From a virus (taxonomy: Duplodnaviria > Caudoviricetes), in the IMG/VR virus record IMGVR_UViG_3300032007_000017: 64,000 nucleotides of DNA, one strand, 5' to 3'. The translations under genes were made by a program, and so were the position numbers. A model generated the notes under the pieces. The model had not been told where the DNA came from. It made no database searches and saw only the letters and a list, made by a program, of their open reading frames with translations. Below are positions 27,332 through 38,603 of the stretch, in pieces (the first letter of the stretch is position 1; each line of letters begins with the position of its first letter).

Positions 27332-28483
27332 TTAGATCAGACCGAGGTTGCCGAGGAAGCCATAGGACTCATTCTTCGGCTCTTCCTTCTTCGGCGTATA
27401 CTTCTCACCATTGGCAACGCGGATATAGCGAAGAGCATAAGCGCGAGCCTGGGAAGCACGAGCGCGGATAGCACTCAGAACGCCAGAACGACGGGTCTGA
27501 GCAAGAGACAGCGTGGTGCTGGTCAGCTTGTTGTAACGGGTGCAAGCAGCCATCAGGGCATTACGAGCAACACCGTTCTCAACCTTAGAAGCAGCCTTCT
27601 CGAGCTTGTCGAAGTTACGGATCTGCTCCTGGAACTTCTTCTTGGACTCCTTCATGAACTTGCCAGCAGCTTCTCTGTCGGTCTTGATATCCTTAAGAGT
27701 GGAGAGAACCTCATCGGCAGACATCCACATCTCAGTAGCCTTATCACCACCAAACAGGTTCTTCTTCAGAGTAGAAGAGAATTCGGAAGCACCGCACTCA
27801 CTACCAGCAAGAACCTTGCGGATCTCAGAGAGAGTGCTCTCGAGCTGCTCAGCGCTCATCAGGCTCTCGTCATTGCTACCAGCATCGATAGCAGCACGGA
27901 TCTTCTCAGCAGCAGAGCTAAGAGATTCAGCATCGACATTCATGTCGGGATTGGGAAGCTTGCCATTAAGACCAGCGAAGGAATAACCCTTCATCTTCTT
28001 GGCATCTCTGTCAGAAGTGACCTTAGCATAGCCATCCTTGATCTGCTTCTCATGCTTCTCAACAAGCTTCTTGTTGGTAGCAAACATAGCAGCCAGATTG
28101 CCAGCCCACTTCTGCAGAATGTTCCAAACCTTCTTGAAGAAGGCAACAACCTTCTGCTTAGCAGAAGCAAAGAATCCCTTAATGTCAGCAGCCTCGAAGA
28201 AGAACTCGCGGCCATTGACAGCCTCACTCAGCTCATGCATACCAATGGTCTGCATAATCTGATTATTGGCACACTCGAATTCATAGATGGCCATAGCGGA
28301 CTCATCCATGATATCATCAACACCGCCATCGGGACCGAAAGCGGCATCCTGAGCATCCTGCTGCTCAGCTTCATTTGCATCATGATCGTCAACAATGTCC
28401 TCAATTTCCTTGATGTCGACATTGGTATCATCCTCAGTGATGTGAGGAACCTCTTCCTCAAGCAGAGTACGATAAATACCCAT
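27332..28483 (-). CDS. Internal head protein paralog 2
   Basis: 383 aa; acidic N-terminal propeptide-like region, then FFEAADIKGFFASAKQKVVAFFKKVWN; high-expression codon bias. Confidence 0.8.
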   Translation of the reverse strand: MGIYRTLLEEEVPHITEDDTNVDIKEIEDIVDDHDANEAEQQDAQDAAFGPDGGVDDIMDESAMAIYEFECANNQIMQTIGMHELSEAVNGREFFFEAADIKGFFASAKQKVVAFFKKVWNILQKWAGNLAAMFATNKKLVEKHEKQIKDGYAKVTSDRDAKKMKGYSFAGLNGKLPNPDMNVDAESLSSAAEKIRAAIDAGSNDESLMSAEQLESTLSEIRKVLAGSECGASEFSSTLKKNLFGGDKATEMWMSADEVLSTLKDIKTDREAAGKFMKESKKKFQEQIRNFDKLEKAASKVENGVARNALMAACTRYNKLTSTTLSLAQTRRSGVLSAIRARASQARAYALRYIRVANGEKYTPKKEEPKNESYGFLGNLGLI

Positions 28484-28517
28484 TACTGGATTACCTCCTT
28501 ATTAGATTTCAGGCAAA

Positions 28518-29621
28518 TTAGCACTCAGAATCGGTGTCAATATTGATCTCAATCTCAACACCATCATCCTTGGCCTCTTCAACAGCGTCAGCGACCTCAG
28601 TAGCATCGACGGGAGCTTCGATAGCATCGTTGACCTCGTCAACACCCTCAAGCCAAGCACAAGCCTCAAGCAGAGCGCTCTCAGACTTGGGACTATACGC
28701 AACCAGAGCACCAATCAGAGCACGATCCTGAGCAACAGCATCCTTGATGGCCTTGATCTGAAGCTTGGTCACGCGAGTAAGAGCAGTCTCATAGGCAGCA
28801 CAGGTCTTGGAAGTAGCCTGATAGCCCTTACCGGAACCCTCAGTCTGCTTCTCAGCTTCTTTGGCCTTCTTATTGATCTCAGCAATGGCCGTCTTGATAC
28901 CCTTATCGGCCTCGTTAGAAGCCTTCTTGATATCACTGATGGCCTTGGACTTAGAGGTAATATTATTGAAGAGCTCCTCAACCGAAATGTGAAGATCGCC
29001 AAAGATAACATCCTTCTTCTCTTCAAAGACATACTCTTTGAACTTCTCAGCAAGATTCTCAGAGTTAGCACCGGGGATCTTGCTATACATTTTGTTCTGG
29101 ATGGCAGTAGCATCCTCAGCAGCAACGCCTCCCTTGTAGGCCTCGACCATATTAGAGAAATCATTGGAGATCTCTTTATTGAGACTCATAGCCTTATCAA
29201 ACTCAGCCTTGCGCTTCAGGTACTTGGGGATCTTGACCTCACTCAGACCAGTCTTGGTAGCAAGAGTCTTACGATGCATAGCAACGAAAGCCTTACCATT
29301 GCGGACCAGCCAGACAGTCAGCTTGGCATAGACCTGCTTGAAGACACCCTTGATCTTCTCCCACAGCTTCTGAAGGCGAGCCTTCAGACCATTCCAGAAC
29401 TCCTTAATAGAAGCTTCACGGAAAGACTGAAGCTCGGAAGCGACCATGGTGCCCTCAGTGATAGCGGCCTGCTCCTGGAAGTCTGAACGCAGAACGGCGT
29501 TGAAAAGGATCATGTCGTTCTGAGCAGACTCGGCGAGGATGCGGCCCATATCCTGGTAACTATAGTTCTCGTTAGCAACAACAGTCATGTTGCTAGCACT
29601 ATTCCGAGAATAAATAGGCAT
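28518..29621 (-). CDS. Internal head protein paralog 3
   Basis: 367 aa; FREASIKEFWNGLKARLQKLWEKIKG; late promoter 29684-29695. Confidence 0.8.
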   Translation of the reverse strand: MPIYSRNSASNMTVVANENYSYQDMGRILAESAQNDMILFNAVLRSDFQEQAAITEGTMVASELQSFREASIKEFWNGLKARLQKLWEKIKGVFKQVYAKLTVWLVRNGKAFVAMHRKTLATKTGLSEVKIPKYLKRKAEFDKAMSLNKEISNDFSNMVEAYKGGVAAEDATAIQNKMYSKIPGANSENLAEKFKEYVFEEKKDVIFGDLHISVEELFNNITSKSKAISDIKKASNEADKGIKTAIAEINKKAKEAEKQTEGSGKGYQATSKTCAAYETALTRVTKLQIKAIKDAVAQDRALIGALVAYSPKSESALLEACAWLEGVDEVNDAIEAPVDATEVADAVEEAKDDGVEIEINIDTDSEC

Positions 29622-29702
29622 AATTGTAATCCTCCTTTAGATTTATGCAAATCTCAGAATTATTTCTGTAATCCTACAGATTTTATTATTATGTTTGCGG
29701 GA

Positions 29703-30911
29703 TTAAAAGAGGCTAGAAGATTGAGAAATACCATCATCAATGATATTCTTATCATCGTCCAACCTATATTTCCGCTCACTCTGTTGTACTTCTCTAGAAG
29801 CATTAACTTCAGCTTGTTTAGAGTCGATAGCAAGCTTATTAGAGTAGTCTCTGAAACGTTCGACAATAGCTAACTGCTTGTCGACGATCTTCTTTCTCTC
29901 TTCTTTATCCATAGCAGCATTAGCCTGAACGTTATAAGCATTCATCTGAAGAAGATCAGCCTGAATGGCAAAGAAGTCAGATATGCTTACTCTAGCATGA
30001 TAGAAGAGATAAACCAATTCACGAAGAATCGGAACGATATTGAGAATGACAACAACTGCAACAATTCCGCCAACAGTCGCAACTCCAGAGAATTTACGAA
30101 CTCTTTGAGAAATTACATGGTTGCAAGCTTCATCAATCTCACCCTTCTCGCAAGCTCTATTGAACTTATCGAGAGTGGTATACAGGAGATAGCTACGAGT
30201 ACGCTGATATCCAACTTTATCAAGCTGAATCTTAAACGTCTCATCGGAAGGAGCTTTAACCAACTCAATGCAAGCACTGATCAGATAAGAAGTTCCTTCT
30301 ACAATAGCTAAAGCAGTATTCTCATAGATCATACAAGGAAGCTGGCAATCAGCTCTGTATGCTCTTTCGAATAGATCTTTGCGAGTCTCGAGATTGGTCA
30401 TAGCCAAAGCAATAGTATCGACAGGGCCGCCTTTCTCGTTATACTCTTTAAGAATACCCTGAAGGATACCAAGAATATCTTTAATATCCTCATAGTGCTC
30501 CATTTTGGTAATATCACCTTTAGTCTGAGGGATCTTACCATAATCAATACGGGTAGTCTTCTTGACAATGTGGTCATAAAGCTTACTAGTCAGATTAGTC
30601 AGAACGCTATTCTGATTAGCTTCATTCAGGCCAAGAATCATTTTACGAGTGGTATTATCCTTGAGATTGAAATGAGTATTGAATGCTTCTCTGACAACAG
30701 GATAAGCAGTATACTCACGAGTATCAACCTCAGGAGGACGAGTAGTATCAACTCTATCCCTAAAGAGTGTAGGATCACTCGTAGGATCAGGAATATCACT
30801 ACCGTCTTTACCTAAAGAAAAAAGTTTCTTTTCGGGGAGGGAAGCAGCCTGTTGATCAGCTACTTCCGCATGGACATACTGTCCTTTGTAGTTTTTCTTC
30901 ATAATAGGCAT
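29703..30911 (-). CDS. Late/virion hypothetical protein
   Basis: 402 aa, GGAGG RBS, in a late operon. Confidence 0.75.
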   Translation of the reverse strand: MPIMKKNYKGQYVHAEVADQQAASLPEKKLFSLGKDGSDIPDPTSDPTLFRDRVDTTRPPEVDTREYTAYPVVREAFNTHFNLKDNTTRKMILGLNEANQNSVLTNLTSKLYDHIVKKTTRIDYGKIPQTKGDITKMEHYEDIKDILGILQGILKEYNEKGGPVDTIALAMTNLETRKDLFERAYRADCQLPCMIYENTALAIVEGTSYLISACIELVKAPSDETFKIQLDKVGYQRTRSYLLYTTLDKFNRACEKGEIDEACNHVISQRVRKFSGVATVGGIVAVVVILNIVPILRELVYLFYHARVSISDFFAIQADLLQMNAYNVQANAAMDKEERKKIVDKQLAIVERFRDYSNKLAIDSKQAEVNASREVQQSERKYRLDDDKNIIDDGISQSSSLF

Positions 30912-30923
30912 ACTTACACCTCC

Positions 30924-32204
30924 TTATCGAGCAACTTTAGTCATCAGATTGACGACCTTCTTGTAAGTATTGTCTTTGTCTTCACGTTCAAGAGAAGTAA
31001 AGGCATAGTTCTCCCAGTTACCTTCTCCAGTATCAAACATAAACTTCGCAACCTCAAGAGATTCATCAACAATGACTACACTCATAAGGTTCAGTTTACT
31101 AAAGAGAGACTGGATAATACTGGGATTTTCGAAGTCGATATTGTTATTCCGCTTAACGTAATCGACATCTTCCTGAGAGACAGCAACCGTAGTGATTGCC
31201 ATATAATTATTCGGCATATTAAGCAAACGCTTAATCTTCGAGCCCATTGCTCTACGTTCAAGAACCTTCCACATAGGGTTGGAAGATCCTCTACGAGATA
31301 CACTAAGAGCATCAATCTTAGCTCTATCAATCATCAGAAGGAAATCCTTAACAAAGGAAATCTCTCTGGTGGTTGCACGAAGGAACTGAGTGATCCAATT
31401 AGTATCATCATATTTAGCAATGAAATGATTCTGGATATCTCCAGCATCACAAGGAATCAAACGAGCTTTAACTCCAACAACGGAATTCTCGATAGGAATA
31501 GAGCGACCGGCATCATCAATATAGTAGTAAGTAACAGTGATCGTAGTAGGCATAACTTCATTAGCCTTCTTATAATCACCATTATTCACATTTTGATTTC
31601 TGGAAGGATTATTTCTTCCATTTCTTCTAGCTCTATCAGTATCACCAAAAGATTCAACCATAAGGTTACGGTTGTACGGATCTCTGTTGACGCTAAAAGA
31701 ACTAATAGGAGCAGGAGTAACATTCTCTTCAAAATAGAAGTTAATGTTCTTCATGTCCTCACGGATGGTTTGCAGCGCAGAATAATCAAGCTTAGCATTG
31801 TATGATTCGCTGATAGAATCCATAATACGGAGCATATCATCAACATTCATTTTATCATTAAGCTTGATATTCTTATGGAATTGATTCAAAATTCCTTCCA
31901 TGTCAGAAATATTTTGAGTCTGAATAGACCCAAAAAGAAGCTGAAGCATGGTAGCTGCTTTTCTTTCAATTGCTTTAGCAATCATGGATGCAGCATTAAT
32001 TGAGATATTAGTGCTAACCATGACAGGAAAAACACAGACAAGGTTGGTAGTCTTTCTGACTAACGATGTTGAATTATATGGGTTATTTTTACGAGCTTTA
32101 TAATCCATGAATTCTTCTGGATCCATTTTCTTGAAGAAATCAATGGTATCAATAACTTCACCGACTATAGTCTCGTGCATAACTCTGCAGTCATTCATAG
32201 CCAT
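30924..32204 (-). CDS. Late/virion hypothetical protein
   Basis: Late promoter 32237-32248 and GGAGGT RBS place the start at 32204 (MAMNDCRV). Confidence 0.75.
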   Translation of the reverse strand: MAMNDCRVMHETIVGEVIDTIDFFKKMDPEEFMDYKARKNNPYNSTSLVRKTTNLVCVFPVMVSTNISINAASMIAKAIERKAATMLQLLFGSIQTQNISDMEGILNQFHKNIKLNDKMNVDDMLRIMDSISESYNAKLDYSALQTIREDMKNINFYFEENVTPAPISSFSVNRDPYNRNLMVESFGDTDRARRNGRNNPSRNQNVNNGDYKKANEVMPTTITVTYYYIDDAGRSIPIENSVVGVKARLIPCDAGDIQNHFIAKYDDTNWITQFLRATTREISFVKDFLLMIDRAKIDALSVSRRGSSNPMWKVLERRAMGSKIKRLLNMPNNYMAITTVAVSQEDVDYVKRNNNIDFENPSIIQSLFSKLNLMSVVIVDESLEVAKFMFDTGEGNWENYAFTSLEREDKDNTYKKVVNLMTKVAR

Positions 32205-32280
32205 AAAGAACTCAATACCTCCAATCTTAATTAGATTACTTCTATGTTCCAGCCTAAAAAATAAAGGGGCTTTCGCCCCT

Positions 32281-32424
32281 TTATTCATTATTTTCTGTAA
32301 CCTTCTGAGCAGCTTTTAATAATGTTTCAACTGCATCAGGATGGTCATCCAGAAAATTAAATATTTTTTCAAAGGTAGCTTTATGCTTAGAGAAAAACAT
32401 AGCAAATTCTACGCTATCAGCCAT
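32281..32424 (-). CDS. 47-aa small protein (not in the ORF track)
   Basis: MADSVEFAMFFSKHKATFEKIFNFLDDHPDAVETLLKAAQKVTENNE; GGAGGT RBS; followed by hairpin 32260-32285. Confidence 0.65.
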   Translation of the reverse strand: MADSVEFAMFFSKHKATFEKIFNFLDDHPDAVETLLKAAQKVTENNE

Positions 32425-32468
32425 GTTTTAAATACCTCCACAATGTAATCACTTACCTGTTATTAATA

Positions 32469-32678
32469 TTATTTAGTAGGTGATTGATTATGGAAGTCAT
32501 TAGAAATTTTTTCTAATGCCTCTGCTATTTTTTCCTCAGCTTCAGCTTTGTGTTCAAAGGCTTGTACGAATCGTTCTGCCAATTCGAAGCCTAGTTTAAT
32601 TCTAGCTTCTTCTCTGTCAGCCTCTTCTCTACCAAGCCTAGACATCATTTCTCCATAGGTTTCATAGTTACCAGCCAT
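32469..32678 (-). CDS. Small helical early protein
   Basis: MAGNYETY...; GGAGG RBS; TATATTAT at 32786-32779. Confidence 0.7.
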   Translation of the reverse strand: MAGNYETYGEMMSRLGREEADREEARIKLGFELAERFVQAFEHKAEAEEKIAEALEKISNDFHNQSPTK

Positions 32679-32858
32679 AGATCTTAAAACCTCCAACTAC
32701 ATAATCTTATCTTCCCTATATAAATAAGGAAAGTATCTTTCATGTGTTGATTGAATTAAGATGCTCATGACCACTATAATAATATACAATTATCCATAGC
32801 TTTTGCCGCCCGGAACATCTGAGTAATTAACAGTCTAAACTTCCTAAGGAGGTTTAAT

Positions 32859-33959
32859 ATGGCTAGATTTTATAGTTCAGAAAATGATATGATAGGTAAG
32901 CTCTATTCTAAAGATCACCTATCAGATGGAATTCGCACTTCAAAAGATTATAATGTAGGTCTTACATTAAAACCACCTGTTGTGGAAGATCTGAGAGCGA
33001 GAGCAGTTTATAATCGGATTGATGGTCACTGGGATAAACGGTTTACCAGAGTTCCGATTATAGATCCATACACCACTCTTCAAGGTACAAGAGAATATCT
33101 GTTTTTCACAAAACCAGACCTTCACTTGTATGGTAATAATAGTGGTGGCTACTCGATCACAGATTTCACAAACAAAAATACTGAATTGACTTCTCGTAGT
33201 AGTTTCTTTGCTGATGCACTGGAACGTTATCCTAGAGTAGTAGATCAACTTCAGTATTCTAAATCTAGTGGTGATAGCGGAGGTCCTCTTAGTCCACTAC
33301 TCTCTAATGCAGTAGTAAGTAATTTGGATCTGCCTTCTATCTCTGCGGATACAATCGATACTCCTCAGAATGTATATGGTACCAAGATTGAATATCGTGG
33401 AACTTCATACAAGTCTGATGAGGGATTCGATTTTTCTTTGACTTTTAAAGATACTAAGTATCTTGAAGTCTATATGTGGTTTAAGATGTACGATGAATAT
33501 GAACGCATGAAGTGGAAAGGACAAGTTACTCCCACTCGTGATGAATATCGTCGATTCAAAATACTACATGATCAAATGGCAATCTATAAGTTTATAGTTG
33601 CCGATGATGGTATGAGCTTAGTATACTATGCTCGTATTATGGGTTGTTTCCCAACCAGTGTTCCTAGAGAAACGTTTAATAGACTGGAACCTGGTGAGAT
33701 ACAATATGATGTCAATTGGCATGGATTCGATGTGCAAGAACTCGATCCTGTCATTCTCGCAGATTTCAATAATATTACTCGCTCTTATAGAGAATCGAGT
33801 GGGGATGGAGCTCTCAGGCTGTATGATACAAATAATCATACCTTTAATCCAGAATGGGCTCTTTGTCCTTTTATCTATCAGCGTGAGAATATCAATAATG
33901 AATTAGACCAGATGAATAAATACTATCTTTTATGGTCTAAGGCAAGGGAGGAATTATAA
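32859..33959 (+). CDS. Tail-tube-fold baseplate protein (gp19/gp54-like)
   Basis: FSLTFKDTKYLEVYMWFKMY..RIMGCFPTSVP..YDVNW resembles the tube fold; late promoter 32814-32825. Confidence 0.6.
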   Translation: MARFYSSENDMIGKLYSKDHLSDGIRTSKDYNVGLTLKPPVVEDLRARAVYNRIDGHWDKRFTRVPIIDPYTTLQGTREYLFFTKPDLHLYGNNSGGYSITDFTNKNTELTSRSSFFADALERYPRVVDQLQYSKSSGDSGGPLSPLLSNAVVSNLDLPSISADTIDTPQNVYGTKIEYRGTSYKSDEGFDFSLTFKDTKYLEVYMWFKMYDEYERMKWKGQVTPTRDEYRRFKILHDQMAIYKFIVADDGMSLVYYARIMGCFPTSVPRETFNRLEPGEIQYDVNWHGFDVQELDPVILADFNNITRSYRESSGDGALRLYDTNNHTFNPEWALCPFIYQRENINNELDQMNKYYLLWSKAREEL

Positions 33960-36857
33960 ATGCCTAACAGTTCCTCAAATATTAAGAAACTTACTCCGGA
34001 TGTCTATGACATTGCAGAGTATGTAGGAGAAATTCAAAAGAATAATATGGATGGAGCTCCTGAAGATACCTTAATGCTTGGTATCTTCGGTTTCATGAGA
34101 GAAGTATTCTCTGATATGGGACAGAACTCCATTGTTATGGCTAGTGAATTTGCATCTGAAGGTATTCCTACTAAGGCTAAGTTTGAGAAGAACTTAATTG
34201 CTCATGCATTAAGCCTTGGTATTACTACTTTGAATGCAGTTCCTGCACAGATGGAAGTATTCCTTACTTTCCAAGAAGATCAGATTATCAATGCAATTGG
34301 TGGAGGTTCTGGAGAATTTATCTACGATTGTGATAATCCGATTTACTTTGGAGATTATGAATTCCATCCTGATTATGATATTATTATTAAACGAGTCAAA
34401 CTCGTCAATGGTAATTACACTTATACAGCGATGTATGATATGGAAGGTAGTGGGATTTATACAAATCCTGTATCTGATATCACTAATCCGTATCTGACTC
34501 CTCCTGTTGTAATGAAGATCAATAGCACTAGATATCTCTTTACTGCCTGTACCATTCGTCAGGTTGAAAAGAAGACCATCTATGGTAAAGTCCTTAGTGA
34601 TAATACTATCTCTGCTAAGACCTTCAACTTCAACTTTGAGTCTCAGCTTGCTGGATTTGATGTGAATGTAATCAATTCCAATGGAACTACACATCTTACT
34701 CCAATCTATGAAGGGCTTTCTTCTAGTGGAACTAAATATCCATATGTATGGTTTAATTATATGGATACAGAAACCATTAGACTGAAGTTTGATCGTTCTT
34801 CATATTATCCGAGACTTAGTTCTGATATTGAAGTTCGTCTTCAGACTACACAGGGTCAGGCTGGTAACTTTGTTTGGTCGAAAGAAGAGCAGTATCCTAT
34901 CTTTTCTTTCGATTCAGAAAGACTTGGCTACTCTAGTATCATCGTTGAGGTTCGTCCTATCAACTATGAGTCTAGATATGGTATGGATAAGAAGACCGTA
35001 GAAGAGCTTAGAGAGATTATCCCGAAAGAAGCTCTTTCTAGAGGATCTATTACAAATACAACTGACCTTCAGAATTACTTCAATGCAATTGATACAAATC
35101 TTTCTAAGATGTATTTCTATAAGAAGAAAGATAATTGCATGGGTAGATTGTATTATTCATACATCGTTATGAAGGATGCAAAATCGAATGTTATTCCTTC
35201 GAATACCGTTCCGATTATGCTTGATCCTTCTCAATTGGTTACTAAAGAGAAGTCTGGTAAGTTGATTCTGAAGAGAGGAACCGTGTTCCGTCTTGAAGAT
35301 GATGGCTATGCTAAGATTTATGATATCTCTCAAGGAACCGATGATGATCATTTCTATTACATCATTCCTTATAATCTTGTCATTAGTGAATCTCCTATGT
35401 ATGGAATTTACTTCTTGACGACAATGAATGTGAATAAAAACTTAGGATTTACTCACATTAATGAGGAATGCCAGTATCAGTATATCGCTACGTATATTAA
35501 CTGGAATCGTAAGTATACGGAAGAGACTGATACTTATAAGCTCACTATGATTTGTGAGCAGAACTTAACCGATGATGACTCTATGATTACAGTAGATCCT
35601 ACTACCGGAGAAATCACGAATACAAACGTGAAGGCTTATATTGTTTTCTATAATGATGACGATGAGCCTACTCGTTATGCGGAAGGTACTATTGTTAATT
35701 ATGAGCCTGATGCTAAAGTCATTACCTATGAATTCAAGATTCAGACGAATGACTTAATCAATGAGAATAATGGCATTAGAGTTACTGGAGTTACCGAAGC
35801 TGGTCATGCTCCTGGCTCTGGTGTCCTATATGGATACTTGCCTGGTAACTGTAAGGCTATGATCCATATTGTAACCTATCAACCTGAATACTCTACAGAT
35901 ACTGGCTATACAGATATCTTTGGAGATGATTCGGTTGATCTGAAAGATATTATTCCTCTTGATACTGATTGGTGTGTTTCTAATTCCTATGAAGTAAAAG
36001 CTGGAGTTGATTTCTTCTATAACTATTCTGAGATTGTCTATTCTTATATTGATGCAAAGGCTAAGTCTGGTGGTGGGAGTATTGATCCTTTTGATCCGGA
36101 TCCTGAAGTCAGATCTATTACAGCACACTTTGCATATAATGATGACATGGTTCTTACCTTTGAACGTGTTGAAGGAGAAGACGATCCTATCTATCAATCT
36201 GATCTGGAAGGTTCTACTGCTATAATTGATCATACTGGAACTCAGTTAGATTATATAACTCCTGAACCTGATCCAGATCCTGGTACTTCTGATAATCCTG
36301 ATGACTATTCCTATTATTTTGTAATTGATGGAGTTCCTTTACTTAAGTGGGATTACTTCAAGGATGAATCTACAGTTGAATTCTTCTGTAATGAGATTAT
36401 TCGTAGAAAAACATATATCTCGAATGCTCTTCCATATCTTGAAGATTCTTTTGGAATGGATTTCAAATTCTTCAATACATATGGACCTGCTCATATGTAT
36501 ACTACGGATGGAGTTGCAAACTATCTCAACAGAGTGAATATTTCTCTTAAATTCCGTCTTGGTCTTAGGATCAACTATGACGAGAATATTATTCAGTACA
36601 TCAAAGATGATGTCAAAGAGTTTATCGATAATATCAATTCGATTGATAGTATCCATATGACAAACCTGACTACTGAAATTGAAGAGAAGTATGCTGAATC
36701 TGTTCGATTCTTTGAATTCCTTGACTTCAATGGATACGGTCCTGGTGTTCAGCACATCTATACTGGTGAAATGCCTAGTGATGTGATTACTCCTGAGCTT
36801 GTATCTGTTCATATCAAAGAAGATGGAGAACCGGACATCGATATTACCATCGCGTAA
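33960..36857 (+). CDS. Baseplate wedge protein (T4 gp6/baseplate J-like)
   Basis: 965 aa; N-terminal helical region, TTQGQAGNF, YGMDKKTVEELR, SITNTTDLQNYF. Confidence 0.75.
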   Translation: MPNSSSNIKKLTPDVYDIAEYVGEIQKNNMDGAPEDTLMLGIFGFMREVFSDMGQNSIVMASEFASEGIPTKAKFEKNLIAHALSLGITTLNAVPAQMEVFLTFQEDQIINAIGGGSGEFIYDCDNPIYFGDYEFHPDYDIIIKRVKLVNGNYTYTAMYDMEGSGIYTNPVSDITNPYLTPPVVMKINSTRYLFTACTIRQVEKKTIYGKVLSDNTISAKTFNFNFESQLAGFDVNVINSNGTTHLTPIYEGLSSSGTKYPYVWFNYMDTETIRLKFDRSSYYPRLSSDIEVRLQTTQGQAGNFVWSKEEQYPIFSFDSERLGYSSIIVEVRPINYESRYGMDKKTVEELREIIPKEALSRGSITNTTDLQNYFNAIDTNLSKMYFYKKKDNCMGRLYYSYIVMKDAKSNVIPSNTVPIMLDPSQLVTKEKSGKLILKRGTVFRLEDDGYAKIYDISQGTDDDHFYYIIPYNLVISESPMYGIYFLTTMNVNKNLGFTHINEECQYQYIATYINWNRKYTEETDTYKLTMICEQNLTDDDSMITVDPTTGEITNTNVKAYIVFYNDDDEPTRYAEGTIVNYEPDAKVITYEFKIQTNDLINENNGIRVTGVTEAGHAPGSGVLYGYLPGNCKAMIHIVTYQPEYSTDTGYTDIFGDDSVDLKDIIPLDTDWCVSNSYEVKAGVDFFYNYSEIVYSYIDAKAKSGGGSIDPFDPDPEVRSITAHFAYNDDMVLTFERVEGEDDPIYQSDLEGSTAIIDHTGTQLDYITPEPDPDPGTSDNPDDYSYYFVIDGVPLLKWDYFKDESTVEFFCNEIIRRKTYISNALPYLEDSFGMDFKFFNTYGPAHMYTTDGVANYLNRVNISLKFRLGLRINYDENIIQYIKDDVKEFIDNINSIDSIHMTNLTTEIEEKYAESVRFFEFLDFNGYGPGVQHIYTGEMPSDVITPELVSVHIKEDGEPDIDITIA

Positions 36858-36891
36858 CATCTTGATAAAATGCTTAAAAGGAGGTATATTT

Positions 36892-37887
36892 ATGCCTTTT
36901 ATCAGACCTCAGAAGGCCACATCAACTAAAGCCTTTATTGAGTCTTCTATGAAATATACTGAGAAGATGAATAATGACATTGCTCGCCAGAACAATCAGG
37001 CGAACTATGATGCCAGAAGGTCTATTAAAGAGAATGCTGCTATCCTTGAAGCGGCTTCTCGACATTCTATCAATCAGGATAGATATGCTAAGTTCTCTGA
37101 GAATGTAAAGCTCAGACTACTTGGTCATTCTATCACTGAGATTGCAGAATCTGCTATGCAGAGAGCAAATGAGAAGCTTGATCGTGAATTCTTCAATCAT
37201 GAGAATTATAATACGATCAATGCTATTACCTATAACTTCATTCGTGAGAATGGCGAGGCTTCTACTCTGATCAACAATGTGACTACTAAGCCAATGTCTA
37301 CTTACATGGCTGAGGTTATGTCTACTATCAAGAAAACCCAGCGTAGTGTTCTTGAAGGAGTTGATCGTAATGATCCTGATTCCTTTAAGATGACTTCTGG
37401 TGTCATGGACGATTACAGTGCCCATGTTGGTGAAGTTTTCGGTCATGACGAGCTTGTTGATAGTATTGCTGATCGTGTTGCCTCTACTCTTCAGGATTTT
37501 GTCACTCAGAATGCTAAGGACAAGGAGAAGATCATTGCTGCTCTTACAGCAACTAAGGATAAGGTCGAATCTCTTGGTCCTGATGCTAGTGAGGAGCTCA
37601 AGGAGTCTTATGCGAATCTCAGCCGTCGCTTCATTGCTGATATCCGTGCTAAAAAGCATGGTATCTTCAATGAGATGGTCGTTCGTATGTCTAAGGCTAT
37701 TATGAAGAGCGAGAATCCTAATGTCAGAGCTAAGTTTATGGAAGGTGCCCATCTCAATGTCGAGTCCATTGTTAATAATGTCGCTACGATGTATACATTC
37801 ATAGAGACAGTTAATAGCATGGGACTCGTCAATGTTGATGAAGCTTTCATCACCAATATGCTGAATGACATTAGCAACGAGACCTAA
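36892..37887 (+). CDS. Late/virion (likely head) protein
   Basis: Late promoter 36856-36867; AGGAGG RBS; several xxE(S/N/A/G) motifs. Confidence 0.75.
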   Translation: MPFIRPQKATSTKAFIESSMKYTEKMNNDIARQNNQANYDARRSIKENAAILEAASRHSINQDRYAKFSENVKLRLLGHSITEIAESAMQRANEKLDREFFNHENYNTINAITYNFIRENGEASTLINNVTTKPMSTYMAEVMSTIKKTQRSVLEGVDRNDPDSFKMTSGVMDDYSAHVGEVFGHDELVDSIADRVASTLQDFVTQNAKDKEKIIAALTATKDKVESLGPDASEELKESYANLSRRFIADIRAKKHGIFNEMVVRMSKAIMKSENPNVRAKFMEGAHLNVESIVNNVATMYTFIETVNSMGLVNVDEAFITNMLNDISNET

Positions 37888-37969
37888 AATAATTAGAGAG
37901 CAGGAAATCCTGCTCTCTAATTTATTGGCCTAGAACAATTTAGTAATACTGATTAGGGAGAATATTATT

Positions 37970-38575
37970 ATGAGTAATAAGCCATTTGGTATTTTTACTG
38001 ATATGATTCTCAAAGAGGCTACTCTTACAGAAGTAACCACATCTGAGCCTCTTCAGGAATTTGTTACAGTATCAAAAGATAAATTAGATTCTAAGATGGT
38101 AGCAGATATCAAGAAAGTCTATGATAACTGCTATAAGGACCTTTGTGATTGGCCTAGAATGCATTTTGGTAATTCTAAAGAAACTCTTGGCGATCATTCT
38201 AAACCTTTTAACCGCATGTATGATGTGATTAAAGATAAGATTAGTGATAAGCCTAGACAAAATTTACCATTCAATTGCGGTCAAGGAATTATTTCAATGA
38301 CTGGTCCTACTAGTCCTGAAGCTATGGCTAAGCTTCTTAGTAAGAATGTAGAAGCTGCAGGATTTAAGCTTACTCCTTCTAGAGGTAGTGGGTTTAAGGA
38401 TTTCTTGAATGGTCGCTATTATTACAAAGTATATGGTGATCGTATCGTAATCATGAATCCTTATGTAACCTATACCACATACTATGGAGCACCTATTGGA
38501 TTCTCATCTGTTTGTATCGAAATCAAATGCTACAATTACGATGAGAAGGTCAAAAAGAACTTTAATCTCAAATAA
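37970..38575 (+). CDS. Late protein with an N-terminal FGIF..E leader
   Basis: MSNKPFGIFTDMILKEA; late promoter 37934-37945; terminator 38575-38602. Confidence 0.75.
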   Translation: MSNKPFGIFTDMILKEATLTEVTTSEPLQEFVTVSKDKLDSKMVADIKKVYDNCYKDLCDWPRMHFGNSKETLGDHSKPFNRMYDVIKDKISDKPRQNLPFNCGQGIISMTGPTSPEAMAKLLSKNVEAAGFKLTPSRGSGFKDFLNGRYYYKVYGDRIVIMNPYVTYTTYYGAPIGFSSVCIEIKCYNYDEKVKKNFNLK

Positions 38576-38603
38576 AAGAGAGCCCTTAATGGGCTCTCTT
38601 TCT

